Origin: Euryarchaeota archaeon UBA58
GTDB lineage: Archaea; Thermoplasmatota; Poseidoniia; Poseidoniales; Thalassarchaeaceae
Direction of reading: 5' to 3'
NCBI GenBank assembly: GCA_002498525.1
Contig: DAHR01000008.1
Span: forward strand, 3,089-67,088
DNA length: 64,000 nucleotides
This document shows positions 38,661 through 46,600 of the stretch, piece by piece. How positions within the stretch are numbered: position 1 is the stretch's first letter; each line of letters opens with the position of its first letter. A program made the translations under genes and the position numbers. A model generated the notes under the pieces. The model saw only the letters and a program-made list of their open reading frames with translations, was not told the origin of the DNA and ran no database searches.

Positions 38661-39035
38661 TGGAGGGAAACACGGCGGGAACGAGAGCGCGGAGACGCGT
38701 GGAGGACCGGCATCGATTCTGAAGAACGAACTGGTGAGAGCCAGGGAGGGAAACAGGAACGAAGAAGCGGGGAGCGATCCCAGTGGAATCGGAAACGGCG
38801 AAAGGGCTCTTCGGAGTCAAGAAGTCATCTACCCGGAGAAAAGAACCGCCTTCGGGCGGGGAAAAGAACCGGACCCTGCGGAGTCAGCAGGGGGGATGCT
38901 CCCCCATGTGCAGAACCCCTGCTGCTCCCACCTTGTACCAAAGTACGGCATCGGCCCATTCCATCAGATTATCAATCATTGCGGAGCCTCTCGCTCCGCT
39001 GACTTCAGTTTCGAGTGGCTCCAAGAATCGCCGTC

Positions 39036-40637
39036 TCACTGCTTCGGGCCGATCATCTCATTCGGTCTGACCCATTGATCGAACTGGTCGTTCGTCAGCA
39101 ACCCGAGATCCAGCGCAGCAGCGCGCAGAGTCAATCCCTGCTGATGCGCGTGCTTGGCGATCTTGGCCGCGCTGTCGTAACCGATGTGATTGTTCAGCGC
39201 GGTAACCAACATCAATGAATTCTCGAGGTGCGAACGAATCGCATCCTCATTGGCAGAAAGCCCGTCGACGCACTTGTCGGAAAAGCTCCTGCAGGTGTCG
39301 GCGAGTAGTCGTGTGCTGTGCAACAGATTGTGGATTATCATCGGCTTGTAGACGTTGAGTTCGAAGTTGCCTTGGCTGCCTCCAACGCTGATTGCAGTGT
39401 GATTTCCCAAGACTTGGCAACAGACCATCGTCATCGCCTCCGCTTGAGTCGGATTGACCTTGCCTGGCATGATGCTCGAGCCTGGCTCGTTGGCCGGGAG
39501 GGACAATTCGCCAAATCCACAGCGTGGTCCCGATCCCATCCAACGGATGTCATTGGCGATCTTCATCAGGCTCACAGCAAGCGTGTTCAAGGCGCCTGAT
39601 GCCGCTACTATCGCATCGTGTGCGGCGAGTTGGGCGAATTTGTTCTCAGCACTGATGAATGGCAGTCCTGTCTTCTCACCGATTCTGTCGGCGACCTTGT
39701 CGGCGAACTCGGGATGGGTGTTGAGACCGGTTCCAACGGCCGTTCCTCCGAGTGCGAGTTCGAGAAGGTCGTCGAATGCTGCTTCAATTCTGCGGATGTC
39801 GGCTCCGAGCATGGCGACGTAGGCGCTGAATTCCTGTCCGAGGGTGAGTGGGACGGCGTCCATCAAGTGGGTTCTGCCGATCTTGACGATGCCTGAGAAC
39901 TCCTCGGATTTGGAGGCCAGTGCTGCGCGTAATGCCCTGAGCGAGGGAAGCAATCTGTGGTGAATCTCCTCCGCAGCGGCGATGTGCATGGCCGTTGGGA
40001 AGGTATCGTTGCTGGATTGGCCCCGATTAACGTGGTCATTCGGGTGGACGGGGGTTTTGCTTCCGAGGTCTCCGCCAGCCATCTCAATCGCTCGGTTGGC
40101 GATGACCTCGTTGGCGTTCATGTTGGTCTGGGTTCCCGAGCCGGTCTGCCAGATTCTGAGGGGAAAATGCTCGTCGAGCTCGCCCGATATCACTTCGTCG
40201 CAGGCCGATGTGATGAGGGCGCCGACCTGTGGGTCTAATTGGCTGAGGCTGACATTGATCTCAGCTGCCGCTTGTTTGAGGATTCCGAAGGCGCGAATTA
40301 TCGAGGTTGGCATCTTGTCGTCGCCGATTTCGAAATTAATCAGCGAGCGGGCGGTCTGGGCGCCGTAATAGCGGTCGGCGGGAACTTGCAATTCGCCCAT
40401 CGAGTCTTTCTCGACGCGCACCTCGCCGGATTCGGCTGCAGCGCTCCTAGTTTCGACCGCGCGCTCGAATCGCGTAGGGATGGTCTCGGCTTCGAGGCCT
40501 TGATAGATCATTTTGGCGATGGTTACGGAGCGGCCTTGCTCTCTGCCCTTGCCGACACGGCGGTCAAGCTTCCTCGCCAACTCCTCTGGAATGCTGATAC
40601 TGATGATTCTGCGGTCGCCCACGCGGTGTCTTGCCAT
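39036..40637 (-). CDS. fumC: Class II fumarate hydratase (FumC) with in-frame N-terminal ribbon-helix-helix (CopG/Arc-like) extension
   Basis: Residues ~73-533 are FumC ([43 protein letters not shown] signature). Residues 1-~50 ([23 protein letters not shown]...[15 protein letters not shown]) follow the RHH strand-helix-helix pattern. There is no stop between the two parts. Confidence 0.85.
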   Translation of the reverse strand: MARHRVGDRRIISISIPEELARKLDRRVGKGREQGRSVTIAKMIYQGLEAETIPTRFERAVETRSAAAESGEVRVEKDSMGELQVPADRYYGAQTARSLINFEIGDDKMPTSIIRAFGILKQAAAEINVSLSQLDPQVGALITSACDEVISGELDEHFPLRIWQTGSGTQTNMNANEVIANRAIEMAGGDLGSKTPVHPNDHVNRGQSSNDTFPTAMHIAAAEEIHHRLLPSLRALRAALASKSEEFSGIVKIGRTHLMDAVPLTLGQEFSAYVAMLGADIRRIEAAFDDLLELALGGTAVGTGLNTHPEFADKVADRIGEKTGLPFISAENKFAQLAAHDAIVAASGALNTLAVSLMKIANDIRWMGSGPRCGFGELSLPANEPGSSIMPGKVNPTQAEAMTMVCCQVLGNHTAISVGGSQGNFELNVYKPMIIHNLLHSTRLLADTCRSFSDKCVDGLSANEDAIRSHLENSLMLVTALNNHIGYDSAAKIAKHAHQQGLTLRAAALDLGLLTNDQFDQWVRPNEMIGPKQ

Positions 40638-40649
40638 GTTTCAAAGGCG

Positions 40650-40670
40650 TTAATTACTTAATAATAAAGA
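40650..40670 (-). promoter_or_regulatory. Putative archaeal TATA box/BRE for the RHH-fumC gene (leaderless transcript)
   Basis: Only strongly AT-rich patch in the spacer. The minus strand reads TCTTTATTATTAAGTAATTAA, centred ~26 nt upstream of the ATG at 40637. That is the spacing expected if transcription starts at or next to the start codon. Confidence 0.45.
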
Positions 40671-40767
40671 TTCGCTTTCGGGACGCAGTAATACGGTTGT
40701 CCGCGAAGGTAAACGAAATAGCAGGTCTGTGAAGCGGTTCGAATGCCCAAAGTAGTTCAAATCGAGG

Positions 40768-41253
40768 TCAGAGTCGCTCGACCTTGATGATCTGCTGCGG
40801 ATCGTTGGGCTTGTCGCCAGCCATCGTGTCGCATCTCTCGATGCTGTAAACCACATCCATGCCCTCGACAACCTCGCCGAAGACAGCGTGGTTCCCATTC
40901 AGCCACGGAGTCGCAACGGTAGTCAAGAAGAACTGCGAACCACCCGTGTTTCGTCCAGCATTAGCCATCGAAAAGAGGCCGGGCTTGTCGTGTGACTTGG
41001 CAAGAGCTGAATCCTCGCAAGGAATCTTCCAACCAGGCCCGCCAGTGCCGGCGGCCCGACTGTTGGGGTCCTTTGAGCGAGGGCAGCCGCCCTGGATCAT
41101 GAAATCCTTGATTACGCGGTGGAAGTGCAGGCCGTTGTAGAATCCGTCATCTACGAGCTTGAGGAAGTTCCCTGTGGTCTCAGGGCAGTCCTCGGTGTAC
41201 AGTCCAATCAGTATCTCCCCAGCGCTGGTTGTCATCTTGACTACAGTAGGCAT
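40768..41253 (-). CDS. ppiB: Peptidyl-prolyl cis-trans isomerase, cyclophilin type
   Basis: GNFLKLVDDGFYNGLHFHRVIKDFMIQGG, FSMANAGRNTGGSQFFLTT, PWLNGNHAVFGEVVEGMDVV. Start at ATG 41253 (MPTVVKMTTSAGEILIGLY). Confidence 0.9.
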   Translation of the reverse strand: MPTVVKMTTSAGEILIGLYTEDCPETTGNFLKLVDDGFYNGLHFHRVIKDFMIQGGCPRSKDPNSRAAGTGGPGWKIPCEDSALAKSHDKPGLFSMANAGRNTGGSQFFLTTVATPWLNGNHAVFGEVVEGMDVVYSIERCDTMAGDKPNDPQQIIKVERL

Positions 41254-41332
41254 GGAGCCGGGAACGTTCACAGGCACAAGAGCATATGTGTGCCGCCCTA
41301 ACCCTAATGATGGTGCACGGAACTGGTCCAAC

Positions 41333-42484
41333 GTGAGTAGCCCTAGCGACTACGACTGCCCGCGGTGCGGAACGAAACTACGGGAGGAGGCGGCCGAGGG
41401 CGTCGAGGGCGTCGACCTGCTGGTCTGCATCAAGTGTTGGGGCCTCGCAGTCCGGGCCAAGTCGATGGAAGGGGTCGTCCCCGACGGAGTTCTGGAGAGC
41501 ATCGAGAAACAGGGACTCAAGCACGTGGAGGGCCGCAGTTGCCCTGTTTGCCCGTCGAAGATGGCCCAAATCAGTGTGTCTAATCAAGTGGTCGGCTTCC
41601 GCGAAGTTGTCAAAATCGACGTTTGCGGCGACTGCGAAACGACTTGGTTCGACGCCGGGGAATTGGAAGCCCTGCAAGGCATAAAGCCGATGATCCAAGA
41701 AGTCAGGATTGAGGGCGATTCAGAGAAGATAGAGCCAGTCATGGTCGGGGCGCATCTTGGTGGCAACTTACGGATAATGTCTGGGCTCGCTATCATTTTC
41801 GTAGGGATATTTTTCGTCTCCGGCGGCGAGGGAGAGAGTTGGTTAGTCGGGCTTCTCGGCGCGGTGATAGCCCTCGGAGGTGCGGTTGTGTTGGTGACCA
41901 AGTCCCCAGAAGCGGGGCTCTCCGCTGGCAAATGTGCAAAGTGCGGGCGAACAGGCTCCCCCCTCGCCTGGACATGTCAGAGAGCGAGGTGCGATGCCGA
42001 GATATGCACAGAGTGCCGGAGCGCGGGAAGCGACCCGGCCCAGGCCTACGCCCGCTTGGTGGGCGGTCTGGCCCTGACGGTCGTGGGCGGAGCCGCTGGG
42101 ATTGGTCTCGCCTTGGCCTTCAAGTCACCCGAACCGTTGGCTCTCGGAGCTGTTGGCTTTGCACTATTAAGTGACGATGGCGAAGCCGAGGGTGATCTGC
42201 TCTGCAAACCCTGCTCGGTCGAATTGAGCAAATTGACCGATTGGGGGACGGATTCAGCGAATCTACATCTCGAAGAGACTCGGGAGAGTTCTCGTGACGG
42301 CCTAAATACTCAAGAGCAAGTAGATAAGCAAGTGGAAAAGACGGCGTCGGCAAAGGAGAAAAAGGCAAAAGAGTTCCTGAAATCACAGACCCACTGCCTG
42401 CACGTTGACGGGAAGACTGTCAAAGGGTGCCGCAGGATGGTCTTTCGCAAGTCCGGATACTGCTACGAGCACCAACGGGAGTAA
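41333..42484 (+). CDS. Multi-zinc-ribbon membrane protein (two zf-TFIIB-type modules, TM segments, further Cys4 clusters)
   Basis: CPRCGTKL...CIKCWG and CPVCPSKM...VCGDCETTWFDAGELEAL (PF13453-like). Two hydrophobic blocks. CAKCGRTGS...CQRARCDAEICTECRS, CKPCSVEL, C-terminal CLHVDGKTVKGCRRMVFRKSGYCYEH. Start placed at in-frame GTG 41333 to avoid overlap with ppiB. Confidence 0.55.
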   Translation: MSSPSDYDCPRCGTKLREEAAEGVEGVDLLVCIKCWGLAVRAKSMEGVVPDGVLESIEKQGLKHVEGRSCPVCPSKMAQISVSNQVVGFREVVKIDVCGDCETTWFDAGELEALQGIKPMIQEVRIEGDSEKIEPVMVGAHLGGNLRIMSGLAIIFVGIFFVSGGEGESWLVGLLGAVIALGGAVVLVTKSPEAGLSAGKCAKCGRTGSPLAWTCQRARCDAEICTECRSAGSDPAQAYARLVGGLALTVVGGAAGIGLALAFKSPEPLALGAVGFALLSDDGEAEGDLLCKPCSVELSKLTDWGTDSANLHLEETRESSRDGLNTQEQVDKQVEKTASAKEKKAKEFLKSQTHCLHVDGKTVKGCRRMVFRKSGYCYEHQRE

Positions 42485-42889
42485 TCAAGCGACCATAGAG
42501 CCGGGCAGTACACCATCGGGCATCTCGAGCAGTCGCACAATACCGTCGGGGTCGAGTGCGCCGAGCACCAGAAACTGACTGACGAAACCACCGGCCAGAG
42601 TCTTTTCGCCAAGGTTGATCGCCCCCACCACCATGCGTCCAACCAAGTCAGCGCGCGAATAATTGGTGATTTGCGCCGAACTCTGCAAACGCCCGACGAC
42701 CGGCCCGAAATCGACGGTTATCTTGTACGAGGGCTTGCGCATCTCAGGAAATTCCTCAGCCATCACAACGATACCCGTGCGCAGGTCGAGGGCGAGAAAT
42801 TCTCCGAACCCGATGTACTCCTTGCGCTCCAAGCGAGGCGGGTCGTAGGGCAATCCATCGGGGTCAATCTCATGTCCCAAATCATTCAC
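42485..42889 (-). CDS. csaA: tRNA-binding domain protein (CsaA/Trbp111-like)
   Basis: FLALDLRTGIVVMAEEFPEMRKPSYKITVDFGP...QITNYSRADLVGRMVVGAINLGEKTLAGGFVSQFLVLG. OB-fold EMAP/CsaA pattern. Confidence 0.75.
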   Translation of the reverse strand: MNDLGHEIDPDGLPYDPPRLERKEYIGFGEFLALDLRTGIVVMAEEFPEMRKPSYKITVDFGPVVGRLQSSAQITNYSRADLVGRMVVGAINLGEKTLAGGFVSQFLVLGALDPDGIVRLLEMPDGVLPGSMVA

Positions 42890-42902
42890 CTGTCAGTGGA
42901 AC

Positions 42903-43487
42903 TCATTCACCTGTGATGTCCGAGCGCAGAATCAGCGGCCGAAGCGAGATTCCGGCTGCCGCAAAGGCTTCAGCCCCGCCCTCTTGTCGGTCGAGAATGG
43001 TGATGCAAGCTGCCACGTCGCAGCCCATCTCCTGCAGTCGTTGCGCCGCTTTCAGCGCAGACCCGCCCGTCGTCGTCACGTCTTCGAGCAGCACCACTCT
43101 GTCACCAGACCTGATCGTCGAGCCCTCGATCCCAGGGGGATTCCCGGTCTTGCGCCCTCCCCGTCCCTTGGGTTCCTTGCGTACCATGAAGCCGCGAAGC
43201 GTTGAGCCTTTTGCGGCCTTCGCGATGGCGATTCCAGTGAGGGGGACGGCGCCGAGTTCGAGTCCTCCGACAGCGTCGACGGCGCCGAGAGAATCGATTT
43301 CAGCATGAATCAATACGCCGAGGAGATGTGCACATTCCGGGTTCATCATAACCGGTTTCATGTCGAAGAAGTGTCGACTTTGGCGGCCACTGGCGAGAGT
43401 GAAGGGTTCGTCGGGGGAGTGAAGATATGCGAGATTACGAACGCGGTCTATCAGTCTGATTCGCGCCTCGGCTACCGTTGTCGACAT
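42903..43487 (-). CDS. pyrE: Orotate phosphoribosyltransferase
   Basis: FTLASGRQSRHFFD, and the PRPP loop VVLLEDVTTTGGSALKAA. Start at ATG 43487. Confidence 0.85.
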   Translation of the reverse strand: MSTTVAEARIRLIDRVRNLAYLHSPDEPFTLASGRQSRHFFDMKPVMMNPECAHLLGVLIHAEIDSLGAVDAVGGLELGAVPLTGIAIAKAAKGSTLRGFMVRKEPKGRGGRKTGNPPGIEGSTIRSGDRVVLLEDVTTTGGSALKAAQRLQEMGCDVAACITILDRQEGGAEAFAAAGISLRPLILRSDITGE

Positions 43488-43635
43488 GTCTCTCCTCGCT
43501 ACGGGCCTCGCTGAAGTCGGATGAAGGTTCGCACTGATTCGAGTCGGGGTTTGAGGCATTTGACGCGTCCGAGCATCAATGTTCTTGGACGGTCGCTCTC
43601 AGTCGACGAATGTTCGTCAGCGGAGCGTATGCGAG

Positions 43636-46600
43636 ATGGTAGTTGAAGAGAAGCCAGTGGTCGTACTCGATGAGGCACGCTTAAGTGCCGAGATGGAGGC
43701 TTACCACACTTGGTTGGAGCGTCGCACAGAGGAGGTTTACTCGGTTGCTCGCGACGCTCGAGCGAAGGGTTTGGATTTCGTCGATGATGTCGAGATTCCG
43801 CGTGCTGCGGACTTGGCCAGTCGAACTGAGAGATTGCTGGAAGATTATCTGATTCCGCAGAAGGGCCAAGATCCGATTCCGATTCAAGACGATTTGCGAG
43901 AGTTGCTGAAGAAAGTCGACCGCGAGACTGCTTCGATTCAGATCGCGGTCGATGTCGCTCGGCGGATGCACACGCTGACGGCCGATGTCCGCCAGTCCAT
44001 CGATACGGGCTTGCGAGTCGGTCTGGCGGTGCTGACCGAGGCCGTTCTAGTCGCTCCACTCGAGGGCATTGGAGATGTCAAGATCCTCAACAACGAGGAT
44101 GGTTCCGAATTCCTCTCAATCGAATTCTGCGGTCCGATTCGCGCTGCTGGCGGGACCGCTCAGGCTCTCGGCGTGTTGATTGGCGACATGGTTCGCCGAG
44201 AATTGGGCTTGGATCGATATGTTCCGACGACGCCCGAGGTCGAGCGCGTCAAGGAGGAGTTCGGCTTGTACCGAGCCGGTTTGCAGTACAAGCCGCCCCC
44301 GGAAGAGATCGAGATCATCGTTCGCGCCTGTCCGGTGATGATCAATGGTGAAGCGACTGAGCAGATCGAGTGTTCTGGCTACAAGGAGGTTCGCAATATC
44401 GAGGGCTCAAGGGTGCGCGGCGGAGTGATGCTTGTCATCGGCGAGGGTCTGTGCCTCAAGGCTCCCAAACTGCAGAAACATACCGAGCGCTTGCAGATTC
44501 CCGGTTGGGAATTCATTGCCGGATTCACTTCCAAAGGCAAGTCGAAAGATTCCAAAGAAGAATACTTCAAGCGTCGAGTCATTTCGACTAATGAGCGTTA
44601 CCTCGACGATGTTATCGCTGGTCGGCCGGTCTTCGGCGGGCCGGGCGAGCCGGGGGCATTCAGACTAAGATATGGCCGCAGTAGAGCTTCTGGCCTAGCT
44701 GCGGCCGGCATCAATCCCGTCTCGATGGAAGCGATGGGTTCCTTCCTTGCTGTTGGTACTCAGATGAAGGTTGAACGTCCTGGCAAGGCCTGTGCAGTAA
44801 CTCCCACGACCGAAATCGACGGACCCCTTGTGCTCCTGATCGATGGGACATTTCACCGAATCGAGACCGTTGAAGAATGGCGCGATGTCGAAGAAAGAGT
44901 CCTGACGATTTGGGATTCGGGCGAGATTCTTGTCGGCTTCGGCGAGTTCCTTGAGAACAACAAGGAATTGGTTCCTTCACCTTACAATCGAGATTGGTGG
45001 GCGGCTGACCTCGCTGAAGCGATGAATCAACCCTCAAAAGTTGAATCCTTCGCGGAAATAATCGCTGTGAAGCGTGCTGATCTGCCGCCGGGTTTGCCGT
45101 TCAATGGCGCCATCTCACGTGGCGGCGAATCAGCTTTGGAGCGCTCCCAACGCCGCCGCGACTGGAATCGATTCTTGCAACATCTCAATCTTGAGTGGCC
45201 TCAGGTCAAGGCGATATGCAACGAATTCGGCACTGCCCCTCCTCCGCCTTGGAATCCTTGGTGGTCTGACCTTCCGCTCTCTTTCACGAAGCAATTGATC
45301 GAGGCACTGCTGGACTCTCGCATCAAGAATGGTGACTTGAGATTGAATGGCGCCGCGGCGCAGTGGAGCGCCGACCTGCAATTGGACGATGTCGGATTGG
45401 ATACACCCTCAACCGGAGAATGGCCCGGCTGGACCAAAGTTCACGAACACGGTGTCGTCAAGTCCTCACTCATGGTTCTCGGGATAGAACACCGCCACCA
45501 TCGTGGTGACATCGTAATCCCAAAGCATTGGGAATCACTCCTCGAAGGACTTGGCCTCGAAATACACGGAAAAGGCGTGCAGCGTCGCACAGAGGCCGCT
45601 CCGCATGCAGCCAACAGAGTCACTGAAATCCGTAGTGCGACTCTTATCATCGAAAAGGAAGATGCGCGGCTGGACGATGTCGAAGAACGTCGCAGCATCG
45701 AGCGCATCCGCGCCGAGACCGGCGCTCGCCAACGTGGATTGAACATCGAAGATACCGAGATCGAAGGCGATGAAGCGGCTTCCAAGATAACCGACCCCGG
45801 CCCACCTGACCGTGATGGTCTGATCGCGGCTTATCGAATTCTCGACGACCACGAAGTCGAGCGTTCGTTGTGGTTGGTGCGCAAACTATCAGACCTTCGT
45901 TGGGAGGATGCGGTGTCTTGCAGGATCGGCTCGCGAATGGGCCGGCCGGAAAAAGCCAGCCGACGCGAGATGAAACCGATGGTGCACTCACTCTACCCGA
46001 TTGGAAACTACGGCGGGCCGCAACGTCTGATGGGGCATGCTGCAGCTCAGGGCAGTATCAGAATCGAGATGGGGCCGCGAATCTGCTCGCGTTGCGGCCA
46101 GGAATCGCCGCATCTCACCTGCCACAACCGACCCGACCCGAAAGAGGCCAGCGAATGTGGCGGGAAAACTCGCGAGAGAGCCTTGCGCGGCGGCAGAAAA
46201 CCGCGCCGCTTGGGCCAGAGAACCAGTGTTCCACTCGAAGCCATACTCGAGGTCAAGAGGCGGCGACTCGGCCTCGATAGGCTACCCAATCGCATCAAGG
46301 CAGTCAAGGGTCTGATGTCCTACAATCAAACCCCTGAACCAATCGAAAAAGGCATACTACGAGCCCGTCACAACGTCTCTGTATTTCGTGATGGCACTGC
46401 CCGTTACGACATGATCGATGTTCCGGTCACACACTTCCGTCCGCGCGAGATCCGCACCTCCTGGCAAGCGCTCGCAGAACTCGGCTACACCCATGACATC
46501 GACGGACAGGCCTTGACCAACGACGAACAGATGCTCGAACTGTTTCCTCAGGACCTGATCCCCTCGACCCTCGCCATCGATCATCTGCAATCGACTTGTG

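Larger units (their letters stand above)
38181..39035 (+). other. Gene-free purine-rich repeat/hairpin region; candidate large ncRNA or protein-binding array (no known family recognised)
   Basis: 855 bp between the stops of two convergent genes. The + strand is T-poor, so all three + frames are open by composition. Contains three ~40-nt direct repeats, four C(UUCG)G hairpins, about 13 GGGG tracts and more than 20 GGA motifs. Confidence 0.4.

Noticed and set aside
38341-38925. Possible CRISPR array, suggested by recurring GAACCGGA / GGGGA motifs.
   Set aside because: Repeats are degenerate. Start-to-start spacing is irregular (80 and 179 nt for the three clear units). There are no unique spacers of uniform length and no cas genes in the window.
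38181-39035. RNase P RNA or SRP (7S) RNA hidden in the large spacer.
   Set aside because: I searched by eye for GGAAAGUCC / ACAGAA..GGCUUA (RNase P) and for CCGGAAGG...AGCA helix-8 (SRP) and found none. Only loose resemblances appear (GCAGAACCCC, GUGGGAAACGAAGG). A covariance-model scan is still needed.
38206-39078. Five to six overlapping ORFs of 93-204 aa on both strands inside the 38.2-39.0 kb spacer (for example 38206..38820 -, 38535..39002 +).
   Set aside because: The frames are open only because the + strand is T-poor, so stop codons are rare. The translations are low-complexity (S/P/F/L or E/G/R/K), basic rather than acidic like the rest of the proteome, and overlap each other in several frames.
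40735-40760. tRNA-like T-loop string GCGGTTCGAATGCCC in the ppiB-fumC spacer.
   Set aside because: The flanking bases do not form a T-stem, and no acceptor, D or anticodon arms can be drawn on either strand.
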